Below are positions 24,710 to 32,000 of a stretch of DNA of 32,000 nucleotides, piece by piece. Every line of letters starts with the position of its first letter. The first letter of the stretch is position 1. The notes under the pieces are model-generated. The model did not search any database, had not been told where the DNA came from, and was given only the letters and a program-made list of their open reading frames with translations. Origin of the DNA: Candidatus Nanopusillus sp. (GTDB lineage Archaea; Nanobdellota; Nanobdellia; Nanobdellales; Nanobdellaceae). A program made the translations under genes and the position numbers. The DNA lies in the NCBI GenBank assembly GCA_046533775.1, contig JAWDOO010000001.1, positions 1 to 32,000 on the forward strand. The letters run 5' to 3'.

Positions 24710-25346
24710 TATTATGGTATATAATTAAAATTTATAAAAATATTATTTATAAATATACGGAAATACATATCAATAATCTATACTTTTATCATTATTTTCT
24801 TCTGCTACTGCTAAATATTAAATATAAATAAATTTATTTTCATTTTTTATTCCAAAATAATTTTATATTCTAAAAATTCACAGCAAGTAATATTCTAAAT
24901 ATTATTTGTTGATATAAATATCATCTTCTATAATATTATTGAAAAATTTTTATTTTTATAATTTCATTATTTCATAATTGGTATATCTAGCATATCCGAT
25001 AAGATTCGATCTATATAAAGATCTTCTAATTGCAATTTCTATAAATTTTAGATATTTGGCTTTCGTATACAATTTTTTCTAATATTGTATTTACACCTTT
25101 TATATATAATTCTAATCCTTCAGAAATTCCACACCTATATTTATTACATATAAAATTCAATGCACAATTATTATTTAGATCAGCACCTAAATTATTATCA
25201 TTATCAATCTTTTCAATACATCCATTAATATTGCCTACTAGTTAATTAATTGTAAATATATTTATAAATATTTTCTTTTTAATTATCATTTAAGTTAAAA
25301 AATGAATTTCAAATATTTTTATTTATCAAAGATCCTAAATTAAAAA

Positions 25347-26330
25347 ATGGAAAAGATATATAATGAAGACCTAAAATTAATATCAAGAGAATATGATGTA
25401 AGAACTTTGTTTAATAATGAATTTGAGAGATTTATAATCGAAGAAAGAATTGATCCAATAACTAATTTTAAGATAAGAATAAATAAATCTATAAAAAGCA
25501 AACCAAGAAGTTATGGAAGAATTTATTCAAAAAGATCAAAATGTCCATTTTGTAATCCTGAAAAAGAAACTCCAGATTTCGAATTTTCAAAGAAAATATA
25601 TATTGAAAATTCTGTTCTTTTTTCAAATAAATATCCATATGGAAAATATCATGCAGTAATAGTTCCAAATTATAAAAAACATGTAAAGAATTTTTCTCAA
25701 ATAAATTATTTAAATCTTTATAATTCATTCATGCTAATAAAAGAATTCTATGAAAAAATACCTGAAAAAGATTATAAATATATATTTATTAATTTAAATA
25801 AGGGATTTTCTGCTGGTGCATCACAAGAACATTTACATTTCCAAATATTAATTGAAAAAGAGCCAACAAATTATTTTAAAATTTATTTAGATAAATCTAA
25901 CAAATATTTTGATAAATATAAGAAATTCTTTATAGAAGATTATTTTAATTTTGAAAAACAATTAAATGAAAGAATAATATTAGATGGAATAATTAAATTA
26001 TGGTCATCCTTTGCCCCATTTAGAAATAATGAATTAATTGGATATGTTGATACATTTGGTATATTTTTCTTATCTCAGAATAAATTTGAAGAATTTATTA
26101 AAAATCTATATAATATTTTGGTTACATATGAAAAATTGTATGAGAACTTTAATTTAGTTATATTTGATACAACACTATTAAAAGAATCAAGATCATATCC
26201 AATTATTAAAATAGCTCAAAGACCTTTATTTGATATTGGTTATATGGAAATTTGCCATTTAGAATATGTTGTTTCGTCAATACCTGAAGAAACTGCAAAG
26301 GAATTTAAGGAAAATTTAGAAAAGATTTAA
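25347..26330 (+). CDS. galT: GalT-like HIT-superfamily nucleotidyltransferase (galactose-1-phosphate uridylyltransferase / ADP-glucose phosphorylase type)
   Basis: The zinc motif CPFCNPEKE near the N-terminus and the active-site H-x-H-x-Q (QEHLHFQ) have the appropriate spacing. 327 aa. Confidence 0.75.
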   Translation: MEKIYNEDLKLISREYDVRTLFNNEFERFIIEERIDPITNFKIRINKSIKSKPRSYGRIYSKRSKCPFCNPEKETPDFEFSKKIYIENSVLFSNKYPYGKYHAVIVPNYKKHVKNFSQINYLNLYNSFMLIKEFYEKIPEKDYKYIFINLNKGFSAGASQEHLHFQILIEKEPTNYFKIYLDKSNKYFDKYKKFFIEDYFNFEKQLNERIILDGIIKLWSSFAPFRNNELIGYVDTFGIFFLSQNKFEEFIKNLYNILVTYEKLYENFNLVIFDTTLLKESRSYPIIKIAQRPLFDIGYMEICHLEYVVSSIPEETAKEFKENLEKI

Positions 26331-26989
26331 AAATTTTGATAATTTATTCTATAAACCGTAAAACTAAATTTATAATAATCTGGATCAAATAGTCCAATTG
26401 TATCATCATTTTTATCTTTTTTCTTCTCTTTTAAAGCTTTAAACTTAAAAACTGGCTGATATATAGATTGATCTATAGATTCATACTTAATAGGAATAGA
26501 CCGCCCGAAGATAATACTTTCTTTAATTTCTTCATCTATTTTATTATAATCTGATTCATTTCTTATAAAGTGTATTGATATTGTCCCATACTCTTCTGAG
26601 GAGTCTAGATATGAGTTTATAACTAGATTATATATACCAATAGCTAGAGTTTCCATGTTTCTTATTATATTTTTCTCTTTTCTCATATTTTTCCTTAACT
26701 CCCTTATATAGGGATTAAAAATAATATTGTAAATATCAGTTGTATAATCATAATCACTAAAATATATATATTTACGATGTGGCTTATAAATCTTTTGACT
26801 TTCAAATTTTCTTATTTCCAATGGATTAACACCACTACTTTCTACGCTATATCCATTATCTCCTAAATATATCAATATTCTTATATCTTTCCCCCAATCA
26901 CCTAAAGTAAATGAATATTTAACTATTTCCCCAACCATTTCCTTAAGTATCCAATCTAATTTTTGAGATAAATTTTCTTTATCACTCAT
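26327..26989 (-). CDS. Hypothetical protein
   Basis: 220-aa ORF with no recognisable motif. Transcribed divergently from the RelE-like ORF. Confidence 0.5.
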   Translation of the reverse strand: MSDKENLSQKLDWILKEMVGEIVKYSFTLGDWGKDIRILIYLGDNGYSVESSGVNPLEIRKFESQKIYKPHRKYIYFSDYDYTTDIYNIIFNPYIRELRKNMRKEKNIIRNMETLAIGIYNLVINSYLDSSEEYGTISIHFIRNESDYNKIDEEIKESIIFGRSIPIKYESIDQSIYQPVFKFKALKEKKKDKNDDTIGLFDPDYYKFSFTVYRINYQNF

Positions 26990-27068
26990 AAAGGATAATT
27001 ATTATAAAAATACTTAAATTTTTTATAGTATTTAAAAATTCATAATTACATAAAAATTCCTTTTTATT

Positions 27069-27500
27069 ATGGCAATACTATTTCATAGAATATATGGGAT
27101 TTTTATATTATTTGGCAATGATTTAGTAGATTATGAAAGAGTTAAAAATAATATAAAATTTTTGGAAGAATGGATAAAGGATCTTAAAAAAGAATTAAAT
27201 AATCAATATAAAATAATTTTTGATAGAATAGAATATCTTAAAGAGCTTAGAGGAAAAATAGAAAAATTAAATAAATCAATAAATATAAATGGAATGAAAA
27301 TTCCATTATTTTCAGATAGAGTAAATAGAGATATAAGGATTATATTTTCTATATTTAATAATACAAATAAAATTATTATTTGGGGAATAGACTCTCATGA
27401 AAAAGCTTATGGAAAAATAATAAAACGTGCTGAAAGTTTTATAAAAAATCATCAAAAATTAATATTAGAACTTTCAGGAATAAAAACAATATATAGATAA
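27069..27500 (+). CDS. RelE/ParE-superfamily toxin-like protein with extended N- and C-termini
   Basis: RVNRDIRIIFSIFNNTNKIIIWGIDSHEKAYGK parallels the RelE core R.GdYRviY.i.....v.il.i..R..aYk as I recall it for archaeal RelE. Confidence 0.5.
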   Translation: MAILFHRIYGIFILFGNDLVDYERVKNNIKFLEEWIKDLKKELNNQYKIIFDRIEYLKELRGKIEKLNKSININGMKIPLFSDRVNRDIRIIFSIFNNTNKIIIWGIDSHEKAYGKIIKRAESFIKNHQKLILELSGIKTIYR

Positions 27501-27504
27501 AAAA

Positions 27505-28857
27505 CTATGGATATAACCAACTTCCCCTTAATCTTGGGAATGGTTGTGTATCTCTAATATGATCCAATTTACATATCCATCTTAAGAATCTTTCAATACC
27601 CAATCCCATTCCAGAATGCGGAACAGATCCATATTTTCTTAGATCTTCATACCATTCATATGCACCTATTTCCTCATTTCCAACCTTGACTTTTAATTTA
27701 TCTAATCCCCATTCCTCAATTTTCTTATGTAGTATATCATATCTCCATTCTCTCTCGGATCCACCAATTATTTCCCCATATCCCTCTGGAGCAAGTAAAT
27801 CAAAGTTCTTTACAGTTCCATCTCCAACTTCATACATATAAAATGCTTTTACTTCTCTTGGATAATATGTAACAAATATTGGTACATCAAATTGTTCTGT
27901 TAATAATCTTTCTTCATCAGATCCAAGATCATCTCCATATTTTATATTAACACCAAGATCTTGTAATTTCTTTATTGCATCTTTATATGTGATAATTTTC
28001 CATGGCTTTTCAACAAATTGTTTTAATTCATTTATATCTCTTCCAGTAATATTTTTTAATTCTTCAAATTCAGATTTTCTTTCCTCAATTGTTTTTTCAA
28101 TTGAATATTTTAATGATTCTTCCATAACTTTAATAATATCTTCCATATGATACCATGCAGCTTCAATTTCAAAATGCCAATATTCATGTAAATGTCTTTT
28201 AGTTCTGGATAATTCTGCCCTAAATGATGGTGTTAATGAATAAACTTTTTCTAATGAGAATATTAATGCTTCTAAATATAATTGAGCAGATTGGGATAAA
28301 TATGCTTTATCTTCAAAATATTTTACTTCAAATAATTCTGTAGTATTTTCTGCAGCATTTCCAACTAATATTGCTGGTGTTACTTCATACCATCCATCCT
28401 TTATAAACCAATCTCTAAGATTTACAATTAAACTATGCTTTATTTTCAATACATCTGTAAACCACCTGGTTCTTATCCATAGATGTCTATACTTCTGTAT
28501 TGTATCTATGTCTTCATCCCCCTTTAATGGAAATGGTTTTCCATAATCATATACTTTTATCTCTTTTACTTCTATTTCATATCCACCAGGTGCCCTTTCA
28601 TCTTTTTTTAATATTCCTTTTACTTCTAAAGAACCCTCAATTTGAAATTTTGTTGCATCTTCCCATGTTTTTTGATCAACATTATCTTTTTTTACAACTG
28701 CTTGTATTATTCCTGTAGAATCTCTTATTACAAAGAAAATTTTATCCTTCATATCTCTCATTCTATAAACCCATCCTTTTATACTAACCTCCTTACCTAA
28801 AAAATCTTCTTTCAAAATATCTTTTATAAATAAAGTTTTCATCATAAGTTCACTCAT
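27505..28857 (-). CDS. asnS: Asparaginyl-tRNA synthetase (class IIb)
   Basis: N-terminal OB-fold region, motif 2 SFRAELSRTKRHLHEYWHFEIE, and motif 3 GMGLGIERF. YEWYEDLRKYGSVPHSG and the ...PFPR tail resemble AsnRS more than archaeal AspRS. Confidence 0.8.
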   Translation of the reverse strand: MSELMMKTLFIKDILKEDFLGKEVSIKGWVYRMRDMKDKIFFVIRDSTGIIQAVVKKDNVDQKTWEDATKFQIEGSLEVKGILKKDERAPGGYEIEVKEIKVYDYGKPFPLKGDEDIDTIQKYRHLWIRTRWFTDVLKIKHSLIVNLRDWFIKDGWYEVTPAILVGNAAENTTELFEVKYFEDKAYLSQSAQLYLEALIFSLEKVYSLTPSFRAELSRTKRHLHEYWHFEIEAAWYHMEDIIKVMEESLKYSIEKTIEERKSEFEELKNITGRDINELKQFVEKPWKIITYKDAIKKLQDLGVNIKYGDDLGSDEERLLTEQFDVPIFVTYYPREVKAFYMYEVGDGTVKNFDLLAPEGYGEIIGGSEREWRYDILHKKIEEWGLDKLKVKVGNEEIGAYEWYEDLRKYGSVPHSGMGLGIERFLRWICKLDHIRDTQPFPRLRGSWLYP

Positions 28858-28909
28858 TCCGACTTTCCATCAATATTAAATATTTAAAAATATTTATAAA
28901 TTATAAAGA

Positions 28910-29179
28910 ATGAAGGCTGTAAAAATAATTATATATGGAAAGGTCCAGGGTGTTGGATTTAGGAATTTTGTATTTTTACATGCTAAAAAATTAAATATTA
29001 GAGGATATGTAAAAAACAATCCCGATGGAACTGTAGAGGCTGTTTTCGAAGGAGATGAAGATAATATAAATAAGATGATTGAATTATGTAAGAGAGGACC
29101 TGAAAGAGCTAGAGTTGATAAAATTGATATAAAAGATATAGAAATTAATAATTATCAAGATTTTAGAATAATAAGATAA
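28910..29179 (+). CDS. acyP: Acylphosphatase
   Basis: 89 aa with IYGKVQGVGFRNF...A..LNIRGYVKNNPDGTVEAVFEG, the classical acylphosphatase signatures. Confidence 0.9.
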   Translation: MKAVKIIIYGKVQGVGFRNFVFLHAKKLNIRGYVKNNPDGTVEAVFEGDEDNINKMIELCKRGPERARVDKIDIKDIEINNYQDFRIIR

Positions 29180-29211
29180 ACTTTATATAATAACAAAGTT
29201 TTTATATAATT

Positions 29212-29634
29212 ATGGAAAAGAATATAAAAAAGAAAGAAGATGAAAATATTTCACCGGAGGAAGAAGAAATATATAAAAAAATTGAAGATATATATGAAAA
29301 AATTAATGAAAATTTAAATATAGCTTATCAATTAAAGGAAGAAGATAATAAAGATACAGAGAACTTTAATAAAGAATATGCAAATATGTTTGAATATGAA
29401 AATAATTTATATAATTATTTAGATCAACTTGCTGGAAATATTGGTAGATATAACAAAAAATATTATAAAAAATTAAATAAAGAATTGAATAAATATAAAA
29501 AAGCATATGAAAAAAGCTTAAAAAATACTTTATCCTTATTTAATAAAATAATTAATAAAAGAAGAAAAATAAAAAAGCATATTGAAAATATAATAAAATT
29601 AATGGAAGAATTGGAAAAATATATGGGACCGTAG
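29212..29634 (+). CDS. Hypothetical K/E/N-rich coiled-coil protein
   Basis: 140-aa low-complexity ORF. Its last 10 nt, including the TAG stop, lie inside tRNA-Val. Confidence 0.45.
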   Translation: MEKNIKKKEDENISPEEEEIYKKIEDIYEKINENLNIAYQLKEEDNKDTENFNKEYANMFEYENNLYNYLDQLAGNIGRYNKKYYKKLNKELNKYKKAYEKSLKNTLSLFNKIINKRRKIKKHIENIIKLMEELEKYMGP

Positions 29635-29697
29635 TCTAGTGGTTATGATGCCGCCCTGACTAGGCGGAGGTCCGGGGTTCAAATCCCCGCGGTCCCA
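29625..29697 (+). tRNA. tRNA-Val (anticodon GAC)
   Basis: GGGACCG-TA-GTCT-AGTGGTTA-TGAT-G-CCGCC-CTGACTA-GGCGG-AGGTC-CGGGG-TTCAAAT-CCCCG-CGGTCCC-A. Unusual U at position 37. No intron, and CCA is not encoded. Confidence 0.82.
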
Positions 29698-29727
29698 TTT
29701 ATTATTTTTATCTATAAAAAGTATTTT

Positions 29728-30204
29728 ATGAAAGAAAACTTATTAGATGAAAAATATTTAGAAAATTATTTAAATAAATTAGGTATAAAATTTCAAATTA
29801 TTAAATATGAGAAACCTGTTATTTCTTCAAAAAATGTTGAACAACAGGTTAATGGAATTATTACAAAGAGTATTCTATTAATTTGTGATAATAAACCGTT
29901 ATTATGTTTTTTATTGGGAAAAGATATTATTGATTTAAATAAAATAAAGAAATATTTTAATTGTAATGAAATGAAATTGGCTAAGGCAAAAGAAGTAAAA
30001 GAAATTACTGGATATGATATTGGTGGAGTTCCTCCAATTGGTTTAAAACAAAAGATAAAAACAATTGTTGATAAAAGTATAATTGATCTAAATGATGATC
30101 AAATAATATATTGTGGAGGTGGATCACATTATCATTTATTAAGAATTTCAAAAAAAGATTTACTTAAAGTTATGGAATATGAAGTATATGATATTAAGGT
30201 TTAA
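29728..30204 (+). CDS. YbaK/ProX-type aminoacyl-tRNA deacylase (trans-editing domain protein)
   Basis: 158 aa. The K-containing N-terminal half and ITGYDIGGVPPIG...IYCGGG fit the YbaK/ProRS-associated editing domain pattern. Confidence 0.75.
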   Translation: MKENLLDEKYLENYLNKLGIKFQIIKYEKPVISSKNVEQQVNGIITKSILLICDNKPLLCFLLGKDIIDLNKIKKYFNCNEMKLAKAKEVKEITGYDIGGVPPIGLKQKIKTIVDKSIIDLNDDQIIYCGGGSHYHLLRISKKDLLKVMEYEVYDIKV

Positions 30205-30394
30205 TTTTCTTAAAAACTGCTTTCAATGGTAAAACACCCTTTTCATATTCTATTTCTGCAATTTTTACTGGATTATATCTTATTCTTTCCATATCTTCTT
30301 TAGATAATTTTACCATCATTGGAGCCCCCATTGCAATTTGTATTGCCCTTGCACCAACTAATCTAGCTAGAGCAAATTTAGAAATATCATTCAT
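30194..30394 (-). CDS. rpoK: DNA-directed RNA polymerase subunit Rpo6 (RpoK/omega-like)
   Basis: 66 aa with SKFALARLVGARAIQIAMGAP...NPVKIAEIEYEKGVLP, the typical RpoK pattern. Confidence 0.85.
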   Translation of the reverse strand: MNDISKFALARLVGARAIQIAMGAPMMVKLSKEDMERIRYNPVKIAEIEYEKGVLPLKAVFKKIKP

Positions 30395-31182
30395 TGTATT
30401 TTCTTTAATAAATAATCTTTAAACTTTTCTGCTTCTGATAATAAATTATTGAATTCTTCTAAAGATATTGGACCTGATTTTCTTGTTTGTAATGCATTTA
30501 TTTTATCTGATAATCCAATATGTATAATCATATCTGCAGCTTCTTCTTCATATTTATTTGGATCTACAATAAACTTATCATCAATTTTTGCAAATGAAAC
30601 CATTACTGGAATATTTTTATTTAATGGTAATTTTTTATTTGTTTTATTTTTTGGATCTATCTTATATTCACCATTTTCTTTAATTAATTCTGGAAAATAT
30701 GTATTCATTAATGCACATACAGATGCTAAAGTTGACGCATCAATTATATTTCCATCATTATTTAATACATATATATCTAATAATACAGACCAAACATATT
30801 TACCTGATTCTATTACCAATTCTTTATCATTAATAAATCTAGATTCCCTTAATACTCTATCTACAACTCTTGAATATTCTATAGATTCCTCTGAAGTTCC
30901 TAGATCAACATTAATATCAGAAACTGGAGATAAATTTACTGTTGTTACTAGAATACCTGAGTCTTCATTATCTTGAAATGGTTCTGCTATTTCCAATTTT
31001 ACCCCTGCTAAAACTTTTGTTTTTCCAAGTTCTAAATAACAAGATCCCTCCGCATTCTTTACATAATTTTTTATTATTTTTATATCTCTATATTCTAATA
31101 AACTCCTTTTATCAATCCTATAATTTTCTTTTATAATTTTTCTAATATAATCTGTAATATTCTCTTCAAAATCAATATCCAT
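30391..31182 (-). CDS. rrp42: Exosome complex RNase PH-like subunit Rrp42
   Basis: 263 aa. AEGSCYLELGKTKVLAGVKLEIAEPF...GILVTTVNLSPVS...YSRVVDRVLRES...VWSVLLDIYVLNNDGNIIDA matches the Rrp42 (non-catalytic) pattern. Confidence 0.83.
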   Translation of the reverse strand: MDIDFEENITDYIRKIIKENYRIDKRSLLEYRDIKIIKNYVKNAEGSCYLELGKTKVLAGVKLEIAEPFQDNEDSGILVTTVNLSPVSDINVDLGTSEESIEYSRVVDRVLRESRFINDKELVIESGKYVWSVLLDIYVLNNDGNIIDASTLASVCALMNTYFPELIKENGEYKIDPKNKTNKKLPLNKNIPVMVSFAKIDDKFIVDPNKYEEEAADMIIHIGLSDKINALQTRKSGPISLEEFNNLLSEAEKFKDYLLKKIQ

Positions 31183-31350
31183 TTATAAATGATTTATAAG
31201 ATAATATTTATAAAAGTGATAACCAATATGCAAAAATTATTAACCCTATTGATATGATTAATATTATAAGATCTTTAACAGCTTCTTTTATATCTTCATC
31301 CATAAATAAAATATAAAATTTTGAAAAATAAAAAGTTTAAGAAAAAGCTT

Positions 31351-32000
31351 TTACTGAATTTGTGTTGCTTGTGGATATCCGTTTACTGTTTGTGTGTCAT
31401 TTACTTCTACTATTGTTGCATTATTGAATACATTTGCATCTACATTATTTACTAAGTAGTTTGCGAATAATTCTGTTGCTTGTGTTGTATCATTTCCATA
31501 CCATCCAAATATTACTAATGTGTTTGGATATAGTGTTGATGTCATTATTAATGCTGTACCTGGTCCGAAGTTTATTCCTAATTGTTGTAATACTGGTTGT
31601 AATTCTGAACCATATATATATCCATTATACATATTTGCATATGCTTGTAATTCTTGTCCTAATGTTGCATTCATATCTGATACATATTGTATTACTGCTT
31701 GTGCTGCTAATAGGTTTACTGCTGGACCTCCTACAACTATTAAATTACTCATTGATGGTGTTACTTGTGTATCTAATATTACTTTTCCAACTAATGATGT
31801 TGGAGTTGGTACTGATACTGTTGTTGTTACCGATTCTGATACTGGTACGGATACTGTTTCTGTTACGTTTTCTGATACTGGTACTGTCATTGTTGTTGAT
31901 GATGTTTCGGATGTTGTTGAAGATGGCAATGTAGAACCTGTTGGTACTAGTCCTGCATTAATTGTTAATGGTTGTGATGGTGCATATAATTGTACTGTTG
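31351..32000 (-). CDS. C-terminal part of a large surface (S-layer-like) protein; 5' end lies outside the window
   Basis: The track's start at 31929 is a TTG. My translation shows the frame stays open upstream to position 32000 (…TVQLYAPSQPLTINAGLVPTGSTLPSSTTSE…). Thr/Ser/Val-rich repeats are followed by a domain containing LIVVGGPAVNLLAAQAV, reminiscent of archaeal S-layer C-terminal domains. Codon composition differs from the neighbouring genes. Confidence 0.55.
   Translation of the reverse strand, partial: TVQLYAPSQPLTINAGLVPTGSTLPSSTTSETSSTTMTVPVSENVTETVSVPVSESVTTTVSVPTPTSLVGKVILDTQVTPSMSNLIVVGGPAVNLLAAQAVIQYVSDMNATLGQELQAYANMYNGYIYGSELQPVLQQLGINFGPGTALIMTSTLYPNTLVIFGWYGNDTTQATELFANYLVNNVDANVFNNATIVEVNDTQTVNGYPQATQIQ
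31807..31887 (-). repeat. Tandem Thr/Ser/Val-rich peptide repeats (VSVPVSE[NS]VT[ET]T) within the surface protein gene
   Basis: TVPVSENVTETVSVPVSESVTTTVSVP. The nucleotide repeat ...TCTGATACTGGTAC... is visible on the + strand. Confidence 0.6.

Noticed and set aside
31208-31303. Reverse-strand 31-codon ORF MDEDIKEAVKDLIILIISIGLIIFAYWLSLL (one TM helix) between the surface-protein gene and rrp42.
   Set aside because: It is plausible as a small membrane protein. However, an ORF this short is not statistically distinguishable from chance here, and I recognise no family. It would need proteomic or conservation evidence.
2226-31934. Twenty ORFs in the track lie antisense to, or out of frame with, well-supported genes: 2226-2432, 3286-3747, 3603-3815, 7695-8006, 8017-8241, 10048-10260, 10908-11375, 11957-12181, 12563-12823, 15564-15767, 16605-16796, 17908-18105, 18514-18780, 20858-21100, 23831-24058, 25489-25728, 28500-28718, 30449-30976, 30942-31136 and 31434-31934.
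   Set aside because: All are embedded in genes with clear family motifs. Their products are F/L/I/Y/S-rich low-complexity strings of the kind produced by the mirror frames of AT-rich coding DNA, and none has a recognisable motif.
1-32000. Searched by eye for CRISPR arrays, rRNA genes, integrase/transposase genes, tRNA introns or split tRNA halves, and reverse transcriptase/DGR components.
   Set aside because: None was found. The only regular repeats are the cassette flanks, the heptamer array and the peptide repeats described above. All three tRNAs are contiguous and intron-less.

Overview
Extremely AT-rich, gene-dense archaeal chromosome segment. The archaeal assignment rests on the archaellum genes arlH/arlI, aIF6, prefoldin alpha, ribosomal protein LX, Rpo6/RpoK, exosome Rrp42 and C/D box sRNAs. 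Broken-up ribosomal and exosome operons, genes that abut or overlap tRNAs, and N/K/I/Y-rich insertions in core enzymes suggest a reduced DPANN/Nanoarchaeota-like genome; this is inference, not a search result.

Layout:
- 1-14.4 kb is housekeeping: M1 aminopeptidase, MetRS, Trm5-like methyltransferase, tRNA-Arg, tRNA-Pro, uL3, LX, PfdA, aIF6, an arlD/E-arlF/G-arlH-arlI block and TyrRS.
- 14.4-27.5 kb is an accessory-looking stretch with long spacers. It holds three tandem paralogs of an unrecognised protein family inside conserved non-coding cassettes, a DUF234-type AAA ATPase, vapBC, an HExxH protein, a LemA-GIDE pair, membrane proteins, a GalT-like HIT enzyme and a RelE-like protein.
- 27.5-32 kb is housekeeping again: AsnRS, acylphosphatase, tRNA-Val, a YbaK-like deacylase, RpoK, Rrp42 and the 3' part of an S-layer-like gene.

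I saw no rRNA, CRISPR array, integrase or transposase.

Most interesting observations:
- The three-gene paralog array, whose promoter and terminator flanks are better conserved than its coding sequences.
- Two unannotated C/D box sRNAs that share the same non-canonical terminal box pair (RUGAAGA/CAGA).
- tRNA-Pro and tRNA-Val, which are nearly identical outside the anticodon arm.
- A GTTTTGA repeat array in a 298-bp spacer.
- Several small lesions: a 53-bp insertion flanked by an 8-bp direct repeat, an in-frame stop followed by 56 open codons, and a probable homopolymer frameshift in vapB.

All calls come from reading the sequence and the ORF track. No database search was run.
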